Below the pieces are notes generated by a model. That model was not told the origin of the DNA, did not search any database, and saw only the letters and a program-made list of their open reading frames with translations. Source: an uncultured Clostridia bacterium (GTDB lineage Bacteria; Bacillota; Clostridia; Christensenellales; Aristaeellaceae). From it: a stretch of 21,018 bases of DNA. The stretch covers positions 1 through 21,018 of the forward strand of contig CALGBY010000131.1 in the NCBI GenBank assembly GCA_937886445.1, read 5' to 3'. Both the position numbers and the translations under genes were made by a program. Positions 7,464 through 16,505 of this stretch are shown piece after piece (the stretch's first letter is position 1; each line of letters opens with the position of its first letter).

Positions 7464-8471
7464 ATGTCTAAGATCGGTTATGTGCTGAAGCGTGTGGGAA
7501 AGATCGATACCTCCCGTATGAAGGAAACGCTGGAATATCTGCATAAAAAAACGGGCAAAAGCAGGGCATACCTGTGCGCGGATATCACAAGGTGCGCCCT
7601 GAAATACAACGCGGGCTATATCGATTACAAGATCGCCGAAATGTACCGCCTGAACGACCGTCAGCGCCGCACGGTGATCACCCGCGGAAAAAGCAACGAG
7701 ATCGTGCGCAGGATGAATGACAAGGCTTACTGGCACTTTTTTGACGATAAGACCCAGTTCAACACCCTGTTTGCCGCTCAGGTGAAACGCGGGTGGCTGA
7801 AAGCGGACGCCTCGCTCACGGAGGAAAAGCTGGCCGCCTTCCTTGAAGGCAGGGATCAGGTGCTTTTCAAGCCCCTTGAGGGCTCCTCCGGGCAGGGCAT
7901 CGTAAAATTTGAAAAGAAGGACTGGCAGGATCTGCCCGCCTTTATGAAAAAGCTTTCGGGCATGGGCGAGGCGGTGCTGGAGGAACTGGTGGTGCAGCAT
8001 CCCGTGATGGCGGGCATGTGCCCCACTTCGGTAAACACCATCCGTATCGCCACCATGCTGGGCGATAAAAAGGAAGGCATCGTGTACGCCTTCCTGCGCA
8101 TCGGCAACGGCAAGGTGATGGACAATGTGGATTGCGGCGGCATGGCGGCCAGAGTGGATCTGGAAAGCGGAAAGCTGCTCACCGTGGCGGCCGATAAGGC
8201 GGGCAATGTGTTTGACCGGCATCCCATGACGGGCACATCCATCATCGGCTTTACCGTGCCCTACTGGGAGGAAGCGAAGAAAATGTGTCTGGAGGCCATG
8301 CGTAAGGTGCCCCAGATGCGCTTCATCGCCTGGGATGTGGCCATCACGCCGGACGGCCCCGTGTTTATCGAGGGCAATTCCTTCCCCAGCCATGCCATTC
8401 CCCAGTTTGCCGCCCATTATCCGGACGGTATCGGCATCCTGCCGGAATTTGAAAAATTTATTGAGCTCTGA
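7464..8471 (+). CDS. ATP-grasp domain protein of the sugar-transfer-associated (ATPgrasp_ST-like) type
   Basis: 335 aa. The N-terminal helical region (Y..A.I.RCALKY.AGYIDY...EMY) and the core KPLEGSSGQGI...E.V.QH...... pattern match my recollection of this family. GAAGGA RBS is present. Confidence 0.7.
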   Translation: MSKIGYVLKRVGKIDTSRMKETLEYLHKKTGKSRAYLCADITRCALKYNAGYIDYKIAEMYRLNDRQRRTVITRGKSNEIVRRMNDKAYWHFFDDKTQFNTLFAAQVKRGWLKADASLTEEKLAAFLEGRDQVLFKPLEGSSGQGIVKFEKKDWQDLPAFMKKLSGMGEAVLEELVVQHPVMAGMCPTSVNTIRIATMLGDKKEGIVYAFLRIGNGKVMDNVDCGGMAARVDLESGKLLTVAADKAGNVFDRHPMTGTSIIGFTVPYWEEAKKMCLEAMRKVPQMRFIAWDVAITPDGPVFIEGNSFPSHAIPQFAAHYPDGIGILPEFEKFIEL

Positions 8472-8495
8472 CGCCTCTTTACGGGGGAACTACAG

Positions 8496-9326
8496 GTGGT
8501 AAAACGGTTATTCGCGTTATTCATCACGGCGCTGCTGGCCTGCAACGCCCTTTTTGCGTACGCGGAGGAGCAAAACACGCCCGCGCCGGTATACACCGGG
8601 GATTATGAGGTGCTTTCCTACGGCAGCCGCGGCAGCGACGTGATACGCCTGCAGAAAAAGCTGATCGCTCTGGGCTACCTGAAGGGAGAGGCGGACGGCA
8701 TCTACGGGCGGGATACCGAAAAAGCGGTAGGCGATTTTCAGTATATGCACGCCCTCAAGCGGGACGGCGCGGCTGGAGTGAAAACGCTGCGCCTGCTGTA
8801 TGAGAGTGAGGCGCTCAGCACGATGCCGCCCTCCGGGCATTTGCCGTCGGTCACCCCGGCCCCCACCGCGGAGCCTCTTCCGGCAAAGGTGAGGGTGAGC
8901 TATGTCGACCAGTTCCAAAAGACAGTGTACGAAACGGAGCTTTCCGTTACCCGTTCCGTCACTGTGACGGCGGAGCTTTCAAAGCTGCCTGCCGGGGCGA
9001 AGCTGAAGGGTGAAAGCAGCGTGACGGTGCTGTATTCCATGGGGCGGGCATATCCGGCAGAAATCGTTTTCCGCTTCCGTTCCAGGGAGGTGCCCGAAAC
9101 GCTGAGCGTGCCGGTGCGCTATACCGAGGGCGGCGGGCGCGACGCGGCTATATTATATGAAGAAACCGTGTCCGTGCGGCCGGGCGAGTGCGTGTTTGTG
9201 TACGCGGATGCCGCGAAGGTGCCCGGGTATACGCTCATCAGCGCCCCGTATGTGCCAGTGCTCGTTACGGAATACGGCGATATCGCGCCCGAGCGGGTGG
9301 ATTTTGTGTTTCAGGCGGCGCGGTGA
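8496..9326 (+). CDS. Secreted peptidoglycan-binding domain protein
   Basis: GTG start after a GGGGGA RBS. The signal peptide is MVKRLFALFITALLACNALFAYA. A PG_binding_1-like repeat follows (GSRGSDVIRLQKKLIALGYLKGEADGIYGRDTEKAVGDFQ...L..DG..G..T). The C-terminal half has two beta-rich V-x-V-x-Y...GYTL repeats (MucBP-like, tentative). Confidence 0.75.
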   Translation: MVKRLFALFITALLACNALFAYAEEQNTPAPVYTGDYEVLSYGSRGSDVIRLQKKLIALGYLKGEADGIYGRDTEKAVGDFQYMHALKRDGAAGVKTLRLLYESEALSTMPPSGHLPSVTPAPTAEPLPAKVRVSYVDQFQKTVYETELSVTRSVTVTAELSKLPAGAKLKGESSVTVLYSMGRAYPAEIVFRFRSREVPETLSVPVRYTEGGGRDAAILYEETVSVRPGECVFVYADAAKVPGYTLISAPYVPVLVTEYGDIAPERVDFVFQAAR

Positions 9327-9362
9327 ACGCCGTAAACAATAAGCCCTAAGGAGAACAGATCA

Positions 9363-10241
9363 ATGAGCGTTTGTACACTGTGCCCCCGTGCCTGCGGACG
9401 GGACCGTTCCCGCGAAAAGGGCTTTTGCGGGGTATCGGAGGAAATGCTGATCGCGAGGGCGGCGCCCCATCTGTGGGAGGAGCCCTGCATCTCGGGCAAA
9501 AACGGCAGCGGCGCCATCTTTTTTGCCGGCTGCACGCTCAAGTGCGTTTTTTGCCAGAATATGGAGATCTCGAGGGGGCTGAAGGGCGTTCCCGTCTCCC
9601 CCGACGGGCTTGCGGATATCATGAAGCGCCTGTGCGACGCGGGCGTGCACAATATCAATATCGTTACCGGCACGCATTTCATTCCCGGCATCCTCGCGGC
9701 GGCGGAGCGCTTCCGCCCGCCGGTGCCCGTGGTGTGGAACACCGGCGGCTATGAGGAGACCGAAACGCTGAAGCGGCTGGAGGGCTTTGTGGATATCTAT
9801 CTGCCGGATTTTAAGCATTTTTCTCCCCGCATCGCAAAGCTGTGCTGCGGCGCGGAAAACTACGGCGAAAAGGCGGAGGCGGCCATCGCGGAGATGGTGC
9901 GGCAGACGGAGAGCGCCGTGTATGATGAGGACGGGCTGATGAAACGCGGCACGCTCATCCGCCATCTTGTACTGCCCGGCTGCACGGGGGATTCTCTGCG
10001 TGTGCTGGACAGGATCGCCGAACGCTTTCCCGGCGTGCCGGTCAGCCTGATGCGGCAGTATACGCCGCCGGCAGGCGTCACCCTGCCGCCCCCGCTGGAC
10101 AGGCGTGTGAACGAAAAGGAGTATGAGCGCGTGCGGGAGCATTTTGACGCGCTGGGGCTTTCGGGCTACACGCAGGACGCGGAGAGCGCCGAGAGTGCCT
10201 ATACCCCTCCCTTTGATTTGACCGGTGTACTGAGCCGGTGA
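9363..10241 (+). CDS. Radical SAM protein, PflX-like (pyruvate formate-lyase activase homologue, COG1313 type)
   Basis: 292 aa. N-terminal Cys-rich CTLCPRACGRDRS..KGFCG is followed by the canonical CxxxCxxC motif (CTLKCVFCQN). AAGGAG RBS is present. Confidence 0.85.
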   Translation: MSVCTLCPRACGRDRSREKGFCGVSEEMLIARAAPHLWEEPCISGKNGSGAIFFAGCTLKCVFCQNMEISRGLKGVPVSPDGLADIMKRLCDAGVHNINIVTGTHFIPGILAAAERFRPPVPVVWNTGGYEETETLKRLEGFVDIYLPDFKHFSPRIAKLCCGAENYGEKAEAAIAEMVRQTESAVYDEDGLMKRGTLIRHLVLPGCTGDSLRVLDRIAERFPGVPVSLMRQYTPPAGVTLPPPLDRRVNEKEYERVREHFDALGLSGYTQDAESAESAYTPPFDLTGVLSR

Positions 10242-10255
10242 AAGGAAAAACGCGA

Positions 10256-12130
10256 ATGAAGCTGAAAGCAAAAGAAATCGAGAGCTTTGAAAAGCAATAC
10301 GGCAATATCACGGCAAAGGGCTCCGGAAACGGCGAAAAGCATACCATGAAGTTCTCAGAGCTGCTGAGACGCTTTCTGCCCTATTTCAAAAACTATAAGG
10401 GCATGCTGATCTTTGACCTGTTCTGCGCCGTGATGACCTGCGCCTGCGAGATCGTGAGCCCCCTGATCGTCAAGGAGATCACCGGCAGGGTGACGGATGT
10501 GGCAAAAAGCCTCGGCGTCGGGCAGAGCTTCGCGCAGGCGATGCTGGACTGGGCCGGCTGGCTGGCAAGGCTGGGCATATGGTATGTGCTCCTGCGCCTG
10601 ATCGACGCCGCCGCCAACTACTATATGCAGTCCGGCGGGCACATCATGGGCAGCAGGATCGAGACGGATATGCGCAGAGACCTGTTCCATCATCTGCAGC
10701 AGCTTTCGTTTTCCTATTACAACAACACCAAGATCGGCCAGCTGATGGCGCGCATCACCAGTGACCTGTTTGATGTGACGGAGTTTGCCCATCACGGGCC
10801 GGAGGAGCTGCTGATCGCCGTGGTCAAGATCGTGGCCAGCTTCATCATCCTGTGTGGCATGAATGTGTGGCTCACGCTGCTGGTGTTCATCTTCATCCCC
10901 TTCATGGTGCTGGGCACCCGCTATTTTTCCAAGCATCTGCGCGGCGCCATGTCGGCGTGCCGTCATCAGGTGGGCGAGATCAACGCCCAGGTGGAGGATT
11001 CGCTTCTGGGCATCCGCGTGGTGAAAAGCTTTGCCAATGAGGAATTGGAGGAGGAAAAGTTCCGCAGGGGCAATCTGGCCTTCCTCTTCCTCAAAAAGAA
11101 GCAGTACCGCTATATGGCGGGCTTCAACACCTCAACGCGCGTGTTTGACGGGCTGATGAACATCGTGGTGACGGTGGCCGGCGCCATATTCCTGATCAAG
11201 GGGCTGATCGGCATCGGCGATTATGTGGCTTACCTGCTCTATGTGGGCACGCTGCTCAATTCCATCCGCCGCATCGTGGAGTTCACCGAGCAGTTCCAGC
11301 GCGGCATGACCGGTATCGAGCGCTTCTGCCAGGTGATGGACGCGAAGATCGAGATCGCCGACAGCAAAAACGCGGCAGAGCTTACCGATGTGAAGGGCGT
11401 GGTGGAGTTCCGCAATGTGAGCTTCCATTACGGGGATGATGAAAAGCATGAGGTGATCAGCTCTCTCTCCGCGAAGGTGGAAAAGGGACGGAACATCGCG
11501 GTGGTGGGCCCCAGCGGCTCGGGCAAGACCACGCTGTGCAGCCTGATCCCCCGCTTCTTTGATGTGACGGAGGGGCAGATCCTGATCGACGGCAGGGATA
11601 TCCGGGAGCTTACGCTCAAATCCCTCCGCGGCGGCATCGGCACGGTGCAGCAGGATGTGTACCTCTTCTCCGGCTCCGTTTACGATAACATCGTGTACGG
11701 CCGCCCCGGCGCCTCCCGTGAGGATGTGATCGAGGCCGCGAAGCTGGCCGGCGCGCATGATTTCATCTCCGCCCTGCCGGATGGCTACGATACCTACATC
11801 GGCGAGCGCGGCGTGCGCCTTTCAGGCGGGCAGAAGCAGCGCCTGTCCATCGCCAGAGTGTTTCTGAAAAACCCGCCCATCCTCATTCTGGATGAGGCGA
11901 CCAGCGCGCTGGACAACGAGAGCGAGCTGCTTGTGCAAAAGAGCCTTGAACGCCTCGCGAAGGGGCGCACCACCTTTACGATCGCCCACCGCCTCACCAC
12001 CATCCGGAACGCCGATGAGATCTGGGTGCTTACCGAGAAGGGCATTGAGGAAAAGGGCAGCCATGCCGAGCTGATGGCCAGAAACGGCCTGTATCATGAA
12101 CTGTACAGCATGTATACGGAAAAAATGTGA
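10256..12130 (+). CDS. ABC exporter, fused permease/ATP-binding protein (MsbA/type IV exporter fold)
   Basis: Six-TM N-terminal domain, then Walker A GPSGSGKTT, signature LSGGQKQRLSIAR and Walker B ILILDEATSALD. The start is uncertain: ATG 10256 has an AAAGGA RBS, while ATG 10346 (MKFSELLRRFLPYFK) gives the usual family N-terminus. There is no N-terminal C39 peptidase domain. Confidence 0.88.
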   Translation: MKLKAKEIESFEKQYGNITAKGSGNGEKHTMKFSELLRRFLPYFKNYKGMLIFDLFCAVMTCACEIVSPLIVKEITGRVTDVAKSLGVGQSFAQAMLDWAGWLARLGIWYVLLRLIDAAANYYMQSGGHIMGSRIETDMRRDLFHHLQQLSFSYYNNTKIGQLMARITSDLFDVTEFAHHGPEELLIAVVKIVASFIILCGMNVWLTLLVFIFIPFMVLGTRYFSKHLRGAMSACRHQVGEINAQVEDSLLGIRVVKSFANEELEEEKFRRGNLAFLFLKKKQYRYMAGFNTSTRVFDGLMNIVVTVAGAIFLIKGLIGIGDYVAYLLYVGTLLNSIRRIVEFTEQFQRGMTGIERFCQVMDAKIEIADSKNAAELTDVKGVVEFRNVSFHYGDDEKHEVISSLSAKVEKGRNIAVVGPSGSGKTTLCSLIPRFFDVTEGQILIDGRDIRELTLKSLRGGIGTVQQDVYLFSGSVYDNIVYGRPGASREDVIEAAKLAGAHDFISALPDGYDTYIGERGVRLSGGQKQRLSIARVFLKNPPILILDEATSALDNESELLVQKSLERLAKGRTTFTIAHRLTTIRNADEIWVLTEKGIEEKGSHAELMARNGLYHELYSMYTEKM

Positions 12131-12156
12131 AAACACGGCGTATGCCCTGTTTTCAC
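12127..12156 (+). terminator. Possible terminator/attenuating hairpin between the ABC gene and pth
   Basis: GTGAAAACACGGC-GTAT-GCCCTGTTTTCAC forms a 13-position stem (12 paired, one mismatch) that overlaps the ABC stop codon. The T-run lies inside the 3' arm. Confidence 0.3.
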
Positions 12157-12180
12157 CTGATACGAGGAGAACGGATATAA

Positions 12181-12786
12181 ATGAAGCTGATCATAGGCCT
12201 TGGAAACCCGGGCGCGGAATATGCCCGCACGCGTCACAACGCGGGCTTTGACACGGTGGAGCTGCTGAGCGCGCGCCTGGATATTCCCGTAAAGAAGCTC
12301 AAGTGCCGCGCCCAGGTGGGCGAGGGCGTGTATGAAGGGGAAAGGATCGTGCTCATCCGCCCCCAGACCTTTATGAACCTTTCGGGCTTTTCCTTTGTGG
12401 ACGCCATGAACTGGTACAAGGCGGATATGAAGGATATTCTGGTCATTTCGGATGATATCGACCTGCCCTTCGGTCAGATCCGCCTGCGCGCCTCCGGCGG
12501 GCCCGGAACGCACAACGGCCTCAGGCACATCGTGCAGTGCACCGGCAGCGGGGATTTTCCGCGTGTGCGGGTGGGCATGGGCAATCCGGAGCATAAGGAT
12601 GACCTGAAGAACTTCGTTCTGGGCCATTTTGATACGGAGGCGGACCGCAAGACCGCCTTTGATATGTACACCCTCGCGGGCGACGCGGCGCTGTGCTGGG
12701 TGAAGGAAGGCATCAATACCGCGATGAACCGCTACAACACAAAGCCCGCGAAGCAGAAACAGGCGGAGGAGACCGGAACTGTCTGA
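12181..12786 (+). CDS. pth: Peptidyl-tRNA hydrolase
   Basis: MKLIIGLGNPGAEYARTRHNAGF is the classic Pth N-terminus. PQTFMNLSG is present. GAGGAGAA RBS. mfd is the downstream neighbour, as in Bacillus. Confidence 0.95.
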   Translation: MKLIIGLGNPGAEYARTRHNAGFDTVELLSARLDIPVKKLKCRAQVGEGVYEGERIVLIRPQTFMNLSGFSFVDAMNWYKADMKDILVISDDIDLPFGQIRLRASGGPGTHNGLRHIVQCTGSGDFPRVRVGMGNPEHKDDLKNFVLGHFDTEADRKTAFDMYTLAGDAALCWVKEGINTAMNRYNTKPAKQKQAEETGTV

Positions 12787-12830
12787 AAAGCATGCCCGCG
12801 GATATCTCCGCCGGAGGACGGATCATAAGC

Positions 12831-15800
12831 ATGAACGAAAAGGAATTATTCTCTTCTCTTCCCTTTCCCGCGGGAGAGGAAGCGCTGCGGCTGACAGGTG
12901 AAAACACGCCCTTTGCCCTGTACGGTGTGCCCGACGGGATGAGGGCCTTTTTTGCCTGCCGGGAGGCGGCGCTTACGGGCCGTCCGGTGCTTCTGGTGTG
13001 CGCCGGCGAAAACGCCGCCATGCGTGCCGCGGAGGACTGCGCGGCCTATCCCGGCGTGAACGCGGCCTACCTGCCCGCGCCCGAGACGCGCTTCATCCGC
13101 GCCACGGCGGGGCGTGAACGCGGCTGGCAGCGGCTCAGTATCCTTTCCTCCGCCCTGAAGGGCGAGATCGGCGTGCTGTGCGTATCGGCGGAATCGCTGC
13201 TTTTGCCCATGCTGCCGGCGGAGGAGATGAAAAAGGCCGTCGTGCGCCTGGAGATGGGTAGCCGCTATGACATCACTGAGCTCATCTCCCGCCTGCTTTC
13301 CATGGGCTACGAGCGGGCCGATATGGTGGAGGGCAAGGGGCAGTTTGCCGTGCGCGGCTCCATCGTGGATGTGTTTCCGCCCGATCTTTCCCACGCGCTG
13401 CGCGTAGAGTTTTTTGATGACGAGGTGGATTCGCTGCGCACCTTCGACTGCATCTCGCAGCGCTCGCTCGACAGGGCGCAGACGGCGGAGATCTTTCCCG
13501 CCAGCGAATACCTGATCCCGGAGCGGATCCGTCAGCCCTTCGCGGACGCGATGCGGCAGAGCATCCGCACGCACGCGAAGCGCCTCGCGAGAACCTCGCT
13601 TTTGCCGTTTCTCCCTCCCCTCCCGGAGGACGCGGAAACGGAGGACGCGCCTGAGCAGGACGGAAAGACCGCGAAAAAGGCGGTAAAAAAGAAAAAACCT
13701 TCGCCTGAAGAAGATGAAACGCCGCTTTTCACGCCTGCCGAAACGCCCCGTGCCCTGCTTTCGGGGCCGGACGCGATGCTGGCGGACGCCGAAAGCGCCG
13801 AAGCGGGCATCCCCTTTGACATGGCGCCCCTCTGGGCGGGCGTGCTGTACGGCGATTATGCCATCTTGTGTGATTATCTTGATGACCCCGTTCTCATCAT
13901 CAGCGATCCCGAAAACGTGCGCGGCCGCGCGGAGGACCGCGTGGGCGGCTACCGGCTGGAATTGAAGACCGCTCTTGAGCAGGGCGACGCGGTGCCCGAA
14001 ATGGAAAGCGCGCTGCTGGAGTGGGAAACGCTGTCGGAAAGGCTGAACGCCTGTCACCCCGTTACCGTGCAGGGCTTTCTGCACGGCATGAGCGGGCTGA
14101 CCGTGAAAAAGGCGGTCGAGGCCGGCGCGGTGGACGCGCCCCGCTATGAAAACCGCCTGCGGGATCTGGCAAACGATCTTTCGGTGTGGATGAAGGAAGG
14201 CCGCAGGGTGCTGCTGCTTTCGGGTGGCGAAAACAGGGCAAAGCGCCTCAGGGATTCCCTTTTTGCCTGCGGCGTTACCCTTCCGGAGCAGGAGGGCTCT
14301 GAAGCGCCGCAGGTGCTGCTGCTCACCGGCTCGCTTTCCGCGGGCTTTGTGAGCGAAAAGCTGTGCGTGATCGGCGATACCGATATTTTCGGAAGCGCGC
14401 ACAAAAAAACGCGCCTCCGCCGCACGGCGGGAGAAAAGATCGACGCGTTTACCGATCTTAAGGAAGGCGACTATGTGGTGCATGAGAGCCACGGCATCGG
14501 CATCTTCCGCGGCACAGTGCGCCTGGAGAGCGAGGGCACGGTAAGGGATTACCTGTATATCCAGTATCAGGGCGCGGATAAGCTGTATGTGCCCACCGAT
14601 CAGTTTGACCGCGTGCAGAAGTTCATCGGCAGCCAGGAAGCGCCGCCGAAGCTGAACAGCCTTGGCGGCACCGAATGGGAGCGCGCCCGCGGCAAGGTGA
14701 AGGCCGGGCTGAAAAAGCTGGCGTTCGATCTGGTAAAGCTGTATGCCGAGCGCCGGGAGACCCCCGGCACGGCCTTCCTGCCCGATACCCCCTGGCAGAG
14801 CCAGTTTGAGGATCTTTTCCCCTATGAGCTTACGCCTGATCAGGATCGCGCCGTGCAGGATATCAAGCGCGATATGGAGAGCGGCACCAATATGGACCGT
14901 CTGCTCTGCGGCGATGTGGGCTACGGCAAGACTGAGGTAGCCATCCGCGCCGCCTTCAAGGCCGTGATGAGCGGCAAGCAGGTGGCGCTGCTGGCGCCCA
15001 CCACCATCCTCGCGCAGCAGCATTATTATACGCTCACTTCCCGCATGCGGGATTTTCCCGTGCAGGTGGATGTGCTTTCCCGCTTCCGCTCAAGAAAGCA
15101 GCAGCAGGAAACGCTCTCACGCCTCGCGGCCGGCAAGGTGGATATCCTTGTGGGCACGCACCGCCTGCTCGCGAAGGATGTCATCTTTAAGGATCTGGGG
15201 CTGCTCATCGTGGATGAGGAGCAGCGCTTCGGCGTGGGGCACAAGGAGAGCATCAAAAACCTGAAAAAGCAGGTGGATGTGCTCACGCTTTCCGCCACCC
15301 CCATCCCCCGCACGCTGCATATGAGCATGGTGGGCGTGAGGGATATGAGCCTGCTGGAAACGCCGCCCGAGGAGCGCCTGCCTGTGCAGACCTATGTGGT
15401 GGATTATAACGATTCCGTCATCCGGGACGCCATCGTGCGCGAGATCGGCCGCGGCGGGCAGGTGTATTTCCTGTACAACCGCGTTTCCTCCATAGAGCAG
15501 TTCGCCTCCCGCCTGCGCGCGCTGGTGCCGGAGGCCCGCGTTCTTGTGGGGCACGGGCAGATGAAGGAGCAGCAGCTTGAGGATACGATGCTGGACTTTT
15601 ACGAGGGCCGGGGCGATGTGCTTCTGTGCTCCACCATCATCGAAAACGGGCTGGATGTGCCGAAGGCCAACACCATCATCATCTACGATGCCGATCGCTT
15701 CGGCCTCTCGCAGCTTTACCAGCTGCGCGGGCGCGTGGGGCGTTCCAGCCGTGCCGCTTATGCCTACTTTACCGTGCGGCCTGACAAAATGCTTTCCGAG

Positions 15801-16505
15801 ACCGCCGAAAAGCGCCTTGCCGCCATTAGGGAGTTCACGGCCTTCGGCTCGGGCTTCCGCATCGCGATGAGGGATCTGGAGATCCGCGGCGCGGGCAACA
15901 TCTTCGGGCCCGAGCAGAGCGGCAATGTAAGCCAGGTGGGCTATGATATGTACTGCAAGCTGATCGAGGAGGCTGTCTGCGAGGCGCGTACGGGCATGGG
16001 CGAAAAGCCGCAGAAGCGGCTGGATACCCGTGTGGAGCTGCGCGTGGACGCCTTCCTGCCGCCCGATTTTGTAAAGGGCGAGGCGCAGCGCATGGAGGTA
16101 TACAAGCGCATCTCCCTGCTTGAAAACCGTGAGGACCGGGAGGATATCATTGAGGAGCTGATCGACCGCTTCGGCGATCTGCCGGACAGCGTGACCGATC
16201 TGATCGAGATCGCCCACCTGAAGGCGCTGGCCCGGGCGCTGGGCGTGGTGCGCGTGCGCCATTCCGCCGGCTGCCTGCACTTCCTTTTTGATAAGGACTG
16301 TGTGCCGGATATCGCCCTGCTTGCCGAGGCTTTCGCGCGTACGGACCGCCGCCTGTTCCTGGCCGGCGGGCATGAGCCCGCGTTTGTGATCCGGGACGGC
16401 AAAAAGGACGCGCAGCAGATGCTGAAGGAGAGCGTGCCGCTGCTGGAGGCGCTCACGGCGGAAATGGACGCTCTGACGGCTCAAAAGGAGGCATCACCGT
16501 GCTGA
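12831..16505 (+). CDS. mfd: Transcription-repair coupling factor
   Basis: UvrB-homology N-terminus, CarD/RID region (GDYVVHESHGIGIF), and SF2 translocase motifs (GDVGYGKTEVA, LLIVDEEQRFGV, TATPIPRT-like SATPIPRT, QLRGRVGR). Start chosen at ATG 12831, which has GGAGGA 12 nt upstream; ATG 12792 is an alternative. Confidence 0.92.
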   Translation: MNEKELFSSLPFPAGEEALRLTGENTPFALYGVPDGMRAFFACREAALTGRPVLLVCAGENAAMRAAEDCAAYPGVNAAYLPAPETRFIRATAGRERGWQRLSILSSALKGEIGVLCVSAESLLLPMLPAEEMKKAVVRLEMGSRYDITELISRLLSMGYERADMVEGKGQFAVRGSIVDVFPPDLSHALRVEFFDDEVDSLRTFDCISQRSLDRAQTAEIFPASEYLIPERIRQPFADAMRQSIRTHAKRLARTSLLPFLPPLPEDAETEDAPEQDGKTAKKAVKKKKPSPEEDETPLFTPAETPRALLSGPDAMLADAESAEAGIPFDMAPLWAGVLYGDYAILCDYLDDPVLIISDPENVRGRAEDRVGGYRLELKTALEQGDAVPEMESALLEWETLSERLNACHPVTVQGFLHGMSGLTVKKAVEAGAVDAPRYENRLRDLANDLSVWMKEGRRVLLLSGGENRAKRLRDSLFACGVTLPEQEGSEAPQVLLLTGSLSAGFVSEKLCVIGDTDIFGSAHKKTRLRRTAGEKIDAFTDLKEGDYVVHESHGIGIFRGTVRLESEGTVRDYLYIQYQGADKLYVPTDQFDRVQKFIGSQEAPPKLNSLGGTEWERARGKVKAGLKKLAFDLVKLYAERRETPGTAFLPDTPWQSQFEDLFPYELTPDQDRAVQDIKRDMESGTNMDRLLCGDVGYGKTEVAIRAAFKAVMSGKQVALLAPTTILAQQHYYTLTSRMRDFPVQVDVLSRFRSRKQQQETLSRLAAGKVDILVGTHRLLAKDVIFKDLGLLIVDEEQRFGVGHKESIKNLKKQVDVLTLSATPIPRTLHMSMVGVRDMSLLETPPEERLPVQTYVVDYNDSVIRDAIVREIGRGGQVYFLYNRVSSIEQFASRLRALVPEARVLVGHGQMKEQQLEDTMLDFYEGRGDVLLCSTIIENGLDVPKANTIIIYDADRFGLSQLYQLRGRVGRSSRAAYAYFTVRPDKMLSETAEKRLAAIREFTAFGSGFRIAMRDLEIRGAGNIFGPEQSGNVSQVGYDMYCKLIEEAVCEARTGMGEKPQKRLDTRVELRVDAFLPPDFVKGEAQRMEVYKRISLLENREDREDIIEELIDRFGDLPDSVTDLIEIAHLKALARALGVVRVRHSAGCLHFLFDKDCVPDIALLAEAFARTDRRLFLAGGHEPAFVIRDGKKDAQQMLKESVPLLEALTAEMDALTAQKEASPC

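Noticed and set aside
10238-10255. GTG 10238 as the start of the ABC exporter (overlapping the radical SAM stop)
   Set aside because: It has no SD upstream. ATG 10256 has AAAGGA at suitable spacing, and ATG 10346 gives the canonical family N-terminus. The start is left as uncertain between those two.
12846-16484. Very long minus-strand ORFs (12846-15023, 725 aa; 15117-16484, 455 aa) opposite mfd
   Set aside because: These are typical GC-driven antisense ORFs with Arg/Ala/Gly/His-rich low-complexity translations, no RBS and no motifs. The mfd frame carries all conserved helicase motifs. The same reasoning applies to 3535-4704 (+) opposite addA, 6285-7241 (-) opposite ychF, 7419-8417 (-), 9360-10271 (-), 10355-10966 (-), 11132-11758 (-), 12094-12627 (-) and 17093-17743 (-).
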